Shown: positions 44,158 through 54,666, counted from the first letter of the stretch. The stretch is DNA of 54,666 nucleotides from Saprolegnia diclina VS20 (GCF_000281045.1 NW_008246080.1:381844-436509), one strand, 5' to 3'. A program made the numbers and translations. The notes: generated by a model not told the origin, from the letters alone.

Positions 44158-46056
44158 ATGCCAACACCATGGGCTGAGAACGCCGACTTGGTGGCTCGCT
44201 TCCGCGCACTAGACAGCGCCGGCGTGGTCGGCAACGCGCTCGTGCCGTCGTCGCCGCCGCCGCCGGCCACGGCGCGCCTCGACAGCTATGGCCTCGTGTG
44301 GCCGGACCTCACGGCGCTGGCCAAGGAGGCGCTGCTCTGGGACATGGGCTTTGTCCGCGCGAGCACGTTCCCGGACGACGTCGCCCAAGTATACACTGCG
44401 TGCGATGGTAACACCAACTCGGGCAGCTCGATGGCGTCGATCGCAGTCTCGGAAGCGGCCTTCTTGGCGTCGCAGGCGAATGCGACCGTGCGCACCTGCG
44501 CCGGCGCCAACGGCAACTACACGCGGCAAGAGAACGCACATGGCATGTTCCTCGGTAAAGTCGTCAAGTGCGCCGTACCACTGCTGCCCGACACGACGCC
44601 CAACAGCTACGCGAGCATGTGGGCCCAGGACGGCCTCGACGCAACGACCGTGCCGGACCCGCGGCTCTGGCGCCACGAGTGGCACAGCATTGGCTTCCCG
44701 AGCTTTCTCCTCTTTGCGATCCATACGGTGCCTGCGCAGTTTACCGAGACCGCATGGGGCAAGTGCCCGGCGACGACTGCGCCCGGGTCGCTCATCGTCC
44801 CGTGCACGGTTTACAAGCCGGGCAACTTTTCGAGTCTGGTGTTTTCACCGCCGAACACCGAGTGGTGTCTCCCGCGCCCGTCGAGTGCCATGGACAAGTG
44901 GCTCACAGCGATCCACGATGCCAAAACGAACCGCGACGAGGTTAAGCCCGCCGTCTCGACGCTGACGATCGTCCTCATCGCCGTGCTCGCATTCTTGCTG
45001 CTGGGCGTGATCGCCTATGTCTGTCTACGCCGGCCACGCCGGCCACGCGGCGACCACGACGGCTCGCAGAGCCCCACGAGCAGCTACTACCACGCGACAC
45101 GGCCGACGCTCGGGACAGGCTCGGGCCATGGCTCAAGCCAGGCCAAGCAGACCATCACCACGTCGTCCAAAGCGCTCAATGCGTTCCAAGAAGACCCGTA
45201 TTTGTGCTCGAAGCGGCTGCCATACTCGTCGATCACATACAGTCGCATGCTCTCGAAAGGCGCGTTTGGCGAAGTCTGGCTCGGTACGCTCACCGATACG
45301 TCGCCGCGCCCCGTCGCGATCAAGCGCATTCTGGACGCCAAGCGCGCAGACGCGGCCGAGCTCGAGTGCTTTGCGGACGAGATTCGACTCATGGCGCTCT
45401 TCTCGCACCCCAACATTGTGCACTTTCTCGGTTTTGGCTGGAACACGCTGCAAAACATGTGCGCTGTCACCGAGTACCTCGCGAACGGCGACGTCTCGGG
45501 CTACTTGGCAGTTCATCGCGCTGTCGCGTACGACGTCAAGATTGCGATTGGTCTCGGTGTATTGAATGCGGTCCAGTACCTCCACACGCTGGACCCGCCC
45601 GTGATCCACCGGGACTTGAAAGGTCGGAACGTGCTCTTGAGCGACGCGCTCGTTGCGAAATTGAGCGACTTTGGTATTTCCCGGCAGCGAATTGCAGATG
45701 AGACGATGACCGTGGGGGTCGGCACGGCGTTCTGGACGGCCCCCGAAGTGCTCCTCGGCCTCAAGTACGACGCGTCCGTCGACGTCTACTCGTTTGGCGT
45801 CATCATGACCGAGCTCGACACGCAGCACGCACCGTACGCGGATATCAAGGGCGTGCCGAGTATGCACATTGTACAAAAGGTCACGGGCCAAGACGGCGCG
45901 CCGGCGCCACTGCGACCGACGTTGACTCGTGACGCGCCTGCGTGGTTTGTGGCGACGGCCAATGCGTGCATGGAGCGAGACCCGACGCGGCGCCCAACGA
46001 TCTCGGAGCTTCGCGACCGGTTCACCGACGCACTCCGCGCTGACGCGCATATCTAA
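44158..46056 (+). CDS. Receptor-like TKL kinase RLK-B
   Basis: MPTPWAENADLV..., TM LTIVLIAVLAFLLLGVIAYVCL followed by RRPRR, and SKGAFGEV, HRDLKGRN, DFG, WTAPE. Confidence 0.92.
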   Translation: MPTPWAENADLVARFRALDSAGVVGNALVPSSPPPPATARLDSYGLVWPDLTALAKEALLWDMGFVRASTFPDDVAQVYTACDGNTNSGSSMASIAVSEAAFLASQANATVRTCAGANGNYTRQENAHGMFLGKVVKCAVPLLPDTTPNSYASMWAQDGLDATTVPDPRLWRHEWHSIGFPSFLLFAIHTVPAQFTETAWGKCPATTAPGSLIVPCTVYKPGNFSSLVFSPPNTEWCLPRPSSAMDKWLTAIHDAKTNRDEVKPAVSTLTIVLIAVLAFLLLGVIAYVCLRRPRRPRGDHDGSQSPTSSYYHATRPTLGTGSGHGSSQAKQTITTSSKALNAFQEDPYLCSKRLPYSSITYSRMLSKGAFGEVWLGTLTDTSPRPVAIKRILDAKRADAAELECFADEIRLMALFSHPNIVHFLGFGWNTLQNMCAVTEYLANGDVSGYLAVHRAVAYDVKIAIGLGVLNAVQYLHTLDPPVIHRDLKGRNVLLSDALVAKLSDFGISRQRIADETMTVGVGTAFWTAPEVLLGLKYDASVDVYSFGVIMTELDTQHAPYADIKGVPSMHIVQKVTGQDGAPAPLRPTLTRDAPAWFVATANACMERDPTRRPTISELRDRFTDALRADAHI

Positions 46057-46893
46057 GCGGCACTTTAACTTAATTTGACATGGTAGGATTCTGTGCTAAT
46101 ATCACAAAAGGCTATACTTTGAATTTACGCTTGTGGGGGTAGGTCAACGCAAGGTTGCAGGTACATGCATGATCCTTGCGTCGTCGAGTCGTTAAACAGA
46201 TAGTGAAGCGTGTGTAGCTGCATGAAGACTAACCTCTGGCATCGGCAGTATAATTTCGACGCATAAATATCAACTTGATGGGCAGCGAGTACCATCGAGG
46301 TATCAAGGGTCTCGGCTCCGGCGCTGGCAAATGACATGAGTACCAGTATCTTCGGGTGGGATGCAGACGATCTCGTCGACGATCGATTTGGCTGGTTGGA
46401 CGTAGTGGTACGAACCCAGCCCTCTCAGCCGTCGCTTCGGAAGTTACCCAAGGTGCCGCTGGTATCTACTGCTTCTCCTGGACCGATACTCCTACTGCTT
46501 GCATCGCCACCACTCGAGCGAGAAGGAGACAGCGGTGTTTCGGATGACAGGCCAGCGCAGCTCTCCGGCTTGGAGATGGCAGAAGGCGCCAGTTGGTACA
46601 CGCCTGGGAATGTCGCCGCCCGCGGACCACCCAATTGCGGCCACAGCGTCTCTTCGTCGGCCTTGAGTACATTGATCGTACAGGACATGACAAGGCGTCT
46701 CGTTGACCGGCGCGACGGCCGTTGCCGTTGAATCGAGCGGGTTTGTCGCTCCTGGATTCTGTTTTCGGGCCATGTTCTATGGATCTTGTGGCCAATGAAA
46801 ACGCTGGTGAAGGAAATACGGCCACCGGATTGGTCGTTCGTTTTTTACAAATGCCAGAACAAACGGAAGAAAGGCCGCATTTGGCAATCCGCC

Positions 46894-48726
46894 ATGGCCG
46901 CGACATGGCTCGAGAGCGCCGACCTGGTGGCCAAGATCCAAGCGCTCAAGGCTGCCAACGTCTCGGACGCGACCATCTGGAACCCCGAGTCGCCACCGCC
47001 AACGGTTGCAGCGCGGCTCGCGGCCTTGTCGCTGACATGGGCCGACCTGGGCAACGCCGACAAGCAAGCCCTGCTCTGGGACATGGGCTTTGTGCGCACC
47101 ACGACAGCCGACAACAACCAAGTCACGCAAGTGTACACCAAGTGTAGCAACAGCGGTAGCGGTGACAGTATGGCGACAATTGCACTCTCCAAGGCAGCCT
47201 TTCTGCAGTCGCAGGCCGACGCGACGGTGCGCACGTGCACGTCATCGGCCATCAACACGACGTACGTCCGTCAAGAAAACTCGAACGGCGGCAAGCTCGC
47301 ACCCTTGACCAAGTGCATGGTTGCCAACGTGACGGGCGTCGCCGACAGCCACAGCAGCATGTGGGCGCAGGACGGGCAGGGCCTCAGCACGTACCCGCTC
47401 CCCAACATTATGCGCCACGCGTGGTCGATCAACGAGTTTTGGCTCATCTACGCGATCCACACGCAGACCGCCGGCGACGAAATCGGCTTTGGCTTTTGCG
47501 GGCCGTCGAGTACGCCTGGTGGGCTCACGATCCCGTGCCGAGTGTTTGACGGTAGCATGCCGCCGACAGGGTGGTGCCTCCCGACGCCGTCGGCGACGAT
47601 GACGCAGTCGCTTGCCCAGATTGCACTTGCCAAAAAATCGACGCCAGCACCCACGCCAGCTCCCACGATTGGCAGCAGCAGTAGCAACCACACGGTGCTC
47701 ATTGTCTGTCTAGTCGTTGGCGCGGTGCTCCTTGGTCTCGGCGCCTGGTGCTACATCCGGCGTCGGCGCAAGCAAACCACCGCCCACAGCGACTTTACGA
47801 CGTACCGCTCCAACGCGCCGCGCGGTGCGACGGGCTCGCCGCCAACGTCTTACCAACCGATCGCCACGGCCTCGCACACGCTCAACGAGTTCCAGCGCGA
47901 CCCGTCGCTGAGCCAAAAGCGCGTCCCGTACTCGGCTGTCACCTGCTCACGGCTCCTCTCAAAAGGTGCGTTCGGCGAGGTCTGGCTCGGCTCGTTCAAC
48001 GGCCAAGTCGTCGCTATCAAGCGCCTTCTCGACTCCAAGCGGACGTCTGAGGCCGAGATTGAAGGCTTTGCCGACGAGATCCGGCTCATGGCGTCGTTCA
48101 CGCACCCCAACATTGTCCGCTTTGTTGGCTTTGCCTGGGACTCGCTCCAGAACCTCTGCGCGGTCACCGAGTACATGCCCCAAGGCGACCTCCACACGTA
48201 TTTGCAGTCGCATCTGCAGCTCCAGTGGCGGCGCCATGAGAAGATCAAGATTGCGCTCGGCATCGCCCACGCTCTTGCGTACCTGCACAGTCTCTCGCCT
48301 ACGATCATCCACCGCGACCTCAAGAGCAAGAACGTGCTCATGGCAGCGGGCTGCGAAGCCAAGTTGAGCGACTTTGGCATCTCGCGCGAGCGCACACAAG
48401 ACGAGACGATGACGGCGGGCGTCGGCACGATCTTTTGGACGGCGCCCGAGGTGCTGCTCGGCGAACACTACTCGGAGATGGCCGACATTTACTCGTTCGG
48501 CGTCGTGCTCTGCGAGATTGACACACGGGAAGCCCCGTACCCGAATATGAAGGCCGTGCCTCAGGTCGCAATGGTACACCGCATCACGAACGAAGGACTC
48601 CGCCCGGCGTTTTCAGAGTCGTGTCCGGCGCAGCTCCAGGTGATTGCCGCCCGCTGCCTCGACGCTGACCCGGCCATGCGACCGAGCGCAAGAGAACTCG
48701 TGGCAATATTTTCGGATTGGCGGTAA
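46894..48726 (+). CDS. Receptor-like TKL kinase RLK-C
   Basis: MAATWLESADLV..., TM VLIVCLVVGAVLLGLGAWCYI followed by RRRRK, with intact kinase motifs. Confidence 0.92.
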   Translation: MAATWLESADLVAKIQALKAANVSDATIWNPESPPPTVAARLAALSLTWADLGNADKQALLWDMGFVRTTTADNNQVTQVYTKCSNSGSGDSMATIALSKAAFLQSQADATVRTCTSSAINTTYVRQENSNGGKLAPLTKCMVANVTGVADSHSSMWAQDGQGLSTYPLPNIMRHAWSINEFWLIYAIHTQTAGDEIGFGFCGPSSTPGGLTIPCRVFDGSMPPTGWCLPTPSATMTQSLAQIALAKKSTPAPTPAPTIGSSSSNHTVLIVCLVVGAVLLGLGAWCYIRRRRKQTTAHSDFTTYRSNAPRGATGSPPTSYQPIATASHTLNEFQRDPSLSQKRVPYSAVTCSRLLSKGAFGEVWLGSFNGQVVAIKRLLDSKRTSEAEIEGFADEIRLMASFTHPNIVRFVGFAWDSLQNLCAVTEYMPQGDLHTYLQSHLQLQWRRHEKIKIALGIAHALAYLHSLSPTIIHRDLKSKNVLMAAGCEAKLSDFGISRERTQDETMTAGVGTIFWTAPEVLLGEHYSEMADIYSFGVVLCEIDTREAPYPNMKAVPQVAMVHRITNEGLRPAFSESCPAQLQVIAARCLDADPAMRPSARELVAIFSDWR

Positions 48727-49295
48727 ATAGAATAGATGATTAGAAATGCAGTAGTTTCGAAAGACCAACTCTGTGCATGACAATAACGTTATTGGATATA
48801 AGAACCTCGCAATGTCATGTCAGCGCCCTGTGGGCGTCGCGCACGCATATGAACAAGGACGTAAGTGAAAGCCATTGGTGGGCAGCACCTAAAATGACAA
48901 AGTATTTTGTCCGGCACTGGCCAACCCTAGCCTCAACTGTCGCATCCGCTATACTAGTATATATGAACGTGTTTCGCGAAACCTTCATAATTACACAAAG
49001 ACTTCGCATACGTAGAGACTAGCAGTATTCTTCTACTTCATTCGCTCGCCGGGCCGTGGCTGCGCAGATGGCGACGCGGAGACTCGTCCGACTCGTCGGT
49101 CGTCGCCCTACGACGCTTTTGGCTGTGGGTGAGGCTCTGGACGCTGTGCATCTCAATCTGCGTTTCCAAAGTGCCCACGTGACACACTGCGACACATACG
49201 GCAACTCGTACAGCGACCTCGTACGGCGCGCTTGCCAATACCCTTGATTTGAGACACGACACAAATGACATGACGTACTATCGTACTCTAAGATC

Positions 49296-51233
49296 TTAAT
49301 TCTGCGTCAACACCCCGCCCGAGCCGCGGTGGTAGTGCAGGATCTTGGTGAGCTCGGCCGCCACCTCGGACGCGGTGGGGCGCTCGTCCGGGTCGGACAA
49401 GAGGCATTCGTCGGCGAGCTTGCGAATGTCGATGGGGCAGTGCCCGGTGAAGGACGGCCGCAGCCCCTTGGCGACGACGCGCGTGGCAATCGTCGCTGCG
49501 GGCAGCGGCACATCAGCGTACGGTCGCTTGTGCGTATCTAGACAATCCAAAACCTAAGACACGAGTTTGACGCGTGCAAGTGCGCGCGTACCGAGTTCGG
49601 CGAAAACACACCCCAGCGCGTACATGTCGGCCGCCGACGAATAGGCCTCGCCGCGGACGACCTCGGGCGCGGTCCAATACGTCACGTCGGGCGTGGCGAC
49701 GTGGGTCGTGAGGCTAAAATTCGCGAGCTTGGCGTGTTCGTGCGACACGAGCAAGATATGGCGGCTTCGGAGGCGCGGGGCCAAGGCGCTGTGGTCGTGG
49801 AGGTACTGCAACCCCTGGGCAATGTCCAGGGCGACGCTCATCTTGGCCTCCCACGACCACTCCGCTTGGTCGCTCAGGAAGGCTTCGAGCGTCCCGAACG
49901 CAAGGTACTCGGCAACGACGCAAAGACTCGCCTTGTCGTTCGGGTCGTAGCCAAAGCCGACAAACGCAGCGATACTGCGGTGCTTGAGCGAGCTCTGCAG
50001 CGCAATATTTTGAACAAATGTATCCAAGTTGACGTCAATCTCAGCGTACTTGACGACCACTGCTTGGTGGCTCAGGGCGCCGGCGACCACCGACGTCGAG
50101 AGCTGCGCCGTCGCGACAAAGTCCGCCATGTTGACGCGCAGCGCTTGCACGGACGCAGAATTGAGCTGCGTGTGCGTACTCCATGCAACACAAATGGTGT
50201 GCGATGGACTCCGCGGCGTCTCGAGCGCATGGTAACTCTGTGGCACCAACTCGATCGTGTCGCCGCGGGTGGTGGCGTACGTGATGGGCGGCTCGAACGG
50301 CTCAAACTGGATCTCACTGCGGCGCTGCTGGCGCTTCCGACGGCGGTAGACGAGGATGAGCAAGATGGCCAGGATAAGCCCGCCGACAATACCCACAATC
50401 GCGCCGACGAGTACGGCCGACGAGCTCTCCTCGGTCGTCGTTGCGGACGAAGGGCGTCCGGGTGACGGGTCGAGGTTCGGAGTAGCAGTCGTCGATGACG
50501 GCGCCGAGGTAGGGTTGGCGTACGCTTTGAGCCACGAAGTCATGGCGGGCGAGAGCGTCGTGGGCTCGCAAAAGGACGCTGTGGTCGGGCGACTGCTGTA
50601 CACGACGCAAGGAATCGTGAGTGCGCTGCGCTGCTTCTGGGCTTCGTCCGGGCAGTTGCCCCACGTCGCCTCGCGCCCGTAAGTTTTGGGAAGAGAGTGA
50701 ATGGCGAGAATGACCCACGACTGCCCCGACTGCTGGTGCGACCACACCCGGGGCTCGGGCACGTCGCTCGCACTTAGTGCGTCTTGGGCATACATGGCCG
50801 ACTGTCCATCGGGCACAGCGGACGCGCTCGCATCGATCGCACAGCGAATCGCAGGCGTGAGGCCCGGGCCGGACGCGACGTACTGCCGCGTGTAGTTGGT
50901 GTACGCAGTGGATGGACAGATCTGCGGCGACGTGCCGTCAAGCGAGAGAAACGTCGCCGGCGGAAAGAAGAGGTTGTCCATGGACGCCGAGCAGAGCGGG
51001 TAGACTTGGACAAGCTTATCGGCGCCGCTGACGGTGGCGACGACGAGGCCGAGGTCCCAGAGCACCGCTTGCTGCAAGAGCGTCGGAAGGCTGCCCCAAG
51101 AAAGCTTGAAGGGCGCGAGCTGCGCGAGTACCTTGGGATGGGACATGGTTGCGACGCTCGAGACTGCGTTGGCCTTGTAGAGCGCCTGGAAGCGGCTCAC
51201 GTAGTCGGAGCTGTCGGCCGTCGCAGAGACCAT
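49296..51233 (-). CDS. Receptor-like pseudokinase RLK-D (intron ~49540-49590)
   Basis: Same ectodomain (QQAVLWDLG, YTRQ, MYAQD, AIH, WGNCP, IPC) and TM. The kinase lacks the Gly-loop, HRDLKSKN reads APRLRSRH and DFG reads NFS, while WTAPE and DMYALG are retained. Confidence 0.85.
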
Positions 51234-51594
51234 CGTCGGCGAAATATAAAGTAAGTTGGATTCGAGCAGTCCGTCCTGATTGGTCCATCGATGCTCGAAA
51301 GACGAGATCCAACAACCTCGGCCACAACCTTGTGCAACGCCAACTGGCACCGAATGATAGGATGTTTTGCTGGCTATCTTGCAGGACATTTGTCGAGCCA
51401 GATAGGCTTCGCCACATCGCAAGCTAACCGTGTCTTCGCCCAGGTATAAGCGCCTTGGAGACAGAGTCTTGGGTGGCTTCCTTCTCTCGGAGCTAGAAAG
51501 GGCAATCTCATTTCGAAGTTCGAAGTGGATTTGACACGCCAAAAGCGAAGTTGACATCCACTTCGAGAAAGCTGCCGACTTTGTTTTTATTTTT

Positions 51595-52323
51595 ATGGGG
51601 CAGGGGGACAGGTCTCTCCCGATCGAGTACGAGTTGGAGGCTGCGCTGTGCGCGTTAATCCGCTGCCTTCGGAGGGCGCCGAGGCGACTTGCGCCGCCAC
51701 AGTACCCGCGCCTGCTCCTGGTGTGGCGCGTGGCCTGCCTCGTCCCCTACAGCGTCACTTTGGCCCTCGACTGCTACACGACTTGGGGCGCGTCGCTGGC
51801 CGATTTTACGGCCTGGAACATTACGCTCCAGGTGGTATACTTCGTGTTGGCCATCAAGAGCAGCGTGCGACCACGCGGCGACGACGTCCGTCTGGATCTG
51901 CTCTTTGACGTGTGCCTTACGTCGGCACTGTCTATGGCCTTTGACTTTTGGACGCTGCTCGCGACCCCCGACGTCTTGTCTGAACCTCTGTATAAGGTCC
52001 AGCACGGCATCACCGTGATCTGCTTTGGACTCGAGTTTGCGCTCAACGACCGCGTCGTCACCCCTCGTCATGTCGCGCTCGTTGCGCTCTGGCCACTGCT
52101 CTACGGCATCTTTACATGGGCGAGCCACAACGTGATCCTGGACGGTGCCTGGCCGTACGATTTTATGGTCGTTGACCAGCCGACCGCGCCATTTTGGTAC
52201 CTCGGCATTTTTCTACTCCAAGTGGCTTTCTTTACGCTGTGTCTGCTCGTCAGCCGCTTCAAGCAATATGCGCTCGAGACCCGACGCGACGACGCACGCT
52301 TCACCTCGTACGGCTCCGTGTAG
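51595..52323 (+). CDS. Multi-pass membrane protein, FAR-17a/AIG1-like (rolling stone-like)
   Basis: About six hydrophobic segments with FT.WN..LQ..YF, FW.L, QHG, Y..F.W and WPY.F motifs. Confidence 0.75.
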   Translation: MGQGDRSLPIEYELEAALCALIRCLRRAPRRLAPPQYPRLLLVWRVACLVPYSVTLALDCYTTWGASLADFTAWNITLQVVYFVLAIKSSVRPRGDDVRLDLLFDVCLTSALSMAFDFWTLLATPDVLSEPLYKVQHGITVICFGLEFALNDRVVTPRHVALVALWPLLYGIFTWASHNVILDGAWPYDFMVVDQPTAPFWYLGIFLLQVAFFTLCLLVSRFKQYALETRRDDARFTSYGSV

Positions 52324-53077
52324 ATCGACACTACTTTGTTTCTTGTACCTAGCCAACAAGGGTATAAGTCCAATCCTAACGCTGTCGTCGAGATGGTTTC
52401 GCGTGGAGTCAGAAACGCAGTGGCTTGCGCCAGCTAGGAGTCGATCTCAGCAGCAATGCATCAACCCCTCACCCAGTTGCCCGTCGCCGCGAGGCTCCAC
52501 CGCTGCATCATACCATAGCTCGTCCGCAATGAAAAGGTTCGGCATAGACTCACGGGCAAATGTGCATGCGTGGCACCCATCGATAACCTGGCGAGAGCAC
52601 TACGATGGCATCCAAGTCAAAACCAACGGCTTCGGGATGATCATCATCCGACCATGTCCACCACATGTCCTTGGGCCTAGCCTCCTCTGCGCAACGAAAC
52701 TGGCCACTTGCCGAAGCGAGCTTGTAGTGCGCCCCACAGTGCTGGCTGGCCAGCGACTGCTCGCACCGAGGCACTGTTCGCTGAGGTGTTGCATCGTTTC
52801 GAAGTGGACCCCATGACGACATATCTATCACCAGTACGTTCCCTCCTTGCCGCGTCTACGCCATGCCGGTGCATACACCGTACTGTTGCACCGAGAGACT
52901 ACGGTACGAGTGAAGGTGAATTGCAGCGGACGCGAAATTTCGATCTTCTCGCAGCACATCCCCGTCAGCAAAGCTCCCGCAGTAGCCAATCACAGCGTCG
53001 CAAGTACAGTACGCCCCGTTGATTGGCTCAATTCGCCAGAAAGTCCGCCATCGCACTCGACACAGTATCCATTTGGT

Positions 53078-54666
53078 ATGTCGAGCAACTCGTGGCTCGA
53101 GAACGCGGACCTGGTCACCAAGTACCAAGCGCTCAGTGGCCTCAACACCAGCACGATCGGCGTCAGCGCGACGCCTACCAAGCCGGATGCAGCCATCACC
53201 GTGCGCCTCAACAAGGTCAACTTGACCTGGGACGACCTCCCGCCGCTCGCCAAACTCGCCATTCTCTGGGACATGGGTTTTGTCCCATCCAACCCAACCG
53301 TCGACGTGAACGCTCTCAGCCGCATCTACACGCGCTGCGTCGGCTCGGTCGGCGAGTCCATGGCCAGCATCGCGCTCCCCAAGACAGACTTTTTGGCTTC
53401 CCAGAGCGACGCCACCACGCGGCCGTGCAATTCGGCGACTTCTGGCGTCTACCTCCGGCAAGAAAACTCGAATGGCGGCCGCCTGCGCCCGGACACGCGG
53501 GGCGCGACGGGCACAATCACGATGGGCAACATCAAGGACAGCCACAGCAGCATGTGGGCGCAAGACGGCCAGGGCCTCGGCGCAGCGCCGTACCCGAACC
53601 TGCAGCGCCACGCATGGAACGACAAGGAGTTTTGGCTCATCTTCTCCATCCACACGCAAGAGCTGGCGAGCGAGCCGCAGTGGGGCACATGTCCGGACAA
53701 GACGACGCCCGCCGGCGCGACGTTTCCGTGCCAGGTGTTTGACGGCAGCGTGCCGCCGACAGGATGGTGTGTGCCCTCCAACTCGCAAGCCATGGACGCA
53801 TGGCTCAAGACGATTGCGACGCAAAAGGCCAACGCGACGCCTCGTCCGTCGACCAGCGCGCCGACCGCCGCATCGTCAACGTCATCGGCATCCACCGGCC
53901 TCTCAACGGCCGCGATCCTCGGCATCGGCATTGGCGGTGGGGTACTGCTGGCCCTAGGTATCTGGTGGTGTCTCTCACGTCGGCGCAAACAAGAATCGTC
54001 CGACGAGCCTGGGTACATTGAGATGCGCCCAAGAGATCGGTACTCGGTGACGACCTCGACGCAGCCAACGCAGACCCGGACGGGGTCGTACCAGCCGATC
54101 ACGACTGCCTCGCACACGCTCAACGAGTTCCAGCGCGACCCGTTGCTGAGCCAAAAGCGCGTCCCGTACTCGGCTGTCACCTGCTCACGGCTCCTCTCAA
54201 AAGGTGCGTTCGGCGAGGTCTGGCTCGGTTCGTTCAACGGCCAAGTCGTCGCTATCAAGCGCCTTCTCGACTCCAAGCGGACGTCTGAGGCCGAGATTGA
54301 AGGCTTTGCCGACGAGATCCGGCTCATGGCGTCGTTCACGCACCCCAACATTGTTCGCTTTGTTGGCTTTGCCTGGGACTCGCTCCAGAACCTCTGCGCG
54401 GTCACCGAGTACATGCCCCAAGGCGACCTCCACACGTATCTGCAGTCGCATCTGCAGCTCCAGTGGCGGCGCCATGAGAAGATCAAAATTGCGCTCGGCA
54501 TCGCCCACGCTCTTGCGTACCTGCACAGTCTCTCGCCTACGATCATCCACCGCGACCTCAAGAGCAAGAACGTGCTCATGGCAGCGGGCTGTGAAGCCAA
54601 GTTGAGCGACTTTGGCATCTCGCGCGAGCGCACACAAGACGAGACGATGACGGCGGGCGTCGGCAC
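53078..54666 (+). CDS. Receptor-like TKL kinase RLK-E (3' end beyond window)
   Basis: Manual translation MSSNSWLENADLVTKY...AILWDMGFV...YLRQENSNGG...SMWAQDG...SIH...WGTCP...FPC...WCVP..WL, then a TM and a kinase to ...DFGISRERTQDETMTAGVG. Not in the ORF track because the stop lies outside the window. Confidence 0.9.
   Translation, partial: MSSNSWLENADLVTKYQALSGLNTSTIGVSATPTKPDAAITVRLNKVNLTWDDLPPLAKLAILWDMGFVPSNPTVDVNALSRIYTRCVGSVGESMASIALPKTDFLASQSDATTRPCNSATSGVYLRQENSNGGRLRPDTRGATGTITMGNIKDSHSSMWAQDGQGLGAAPYPNLQRHAWNDKEFWLIFSIHTQELASEPQWGTCPDKTTPAGATFPCQVFDGSVPPTGWCVPSNSQAMDAWLKTIATQKANATPRPSTSAPTAASSTSSASTGLSTAAILGIGIGGGVLLALGIWWCLSRRRKQESSDEPGYIEMRPRDRYSVTTSTQPTQTRTGSYQPITTASHTLNEFQRDPLLSQKRVPYSAVTCSRLLSKGAFGEVWLGSFNGQVVAIKRLLDSKRTSEAEIEGFADEIRLMASFTHPNIVRFVGFAWDSLQNLCAVTEYMPQGDLHTYLQSHLQLQWRRHEKIKIALGIAHALAYLHSLSPTIIHRDLKSKNVLMAAGCEAKLSDFGISRERTQDETMTAGVG

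Overview
Gene-dense, GC-rich eukaryotic DNA with very short (~40-60 nt) GT-AG introns, TCATTT-type initiator-like motifs and CTGATTGG CCAAT boxes. These features and the gene content point to an oomycete, most likely a saprolegnian water mould; this is an inference. About 30 genes are visible: three polycystin-2 (TRPP)-like channel paralogs, TMEM208/SND2, a Zn-ribbon plus 4x SUEL/DUF3395-like repeat protein, a 3R-Myb (its 3' part duplicated across a 100-N gap), a SAP-RCC1-Zn finger protein, three C2/DysF genes, a head-to-head glycine-zipper pair, BTB-SPRY, a DSP-like pseudophosphatase, a TPR-EGLN-like pseudo-hydroxylase, an O-methyltransferase, CDP-DAG synthase, an SLC37 transporter, DNA pol alpha subunit B and an AIG1/rolling-stone-like protein. 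The most notable system is a family of five single-pass TKL receptor-like kinases. They share a ~250-aa Cys-containing N-terminal domain that I do not recognise and lack a visible signal peptide. One member is a pseudokinase, and two have ~99% identical kinase-domain DNA but divergent ectodomains. The three TRPP paralogs also differ at the predicted selectivity filter (GE / GD / NK). No CRISPR array, RNA gene or recognisable transposon was seen. All exon structures and alignments were done by eye.
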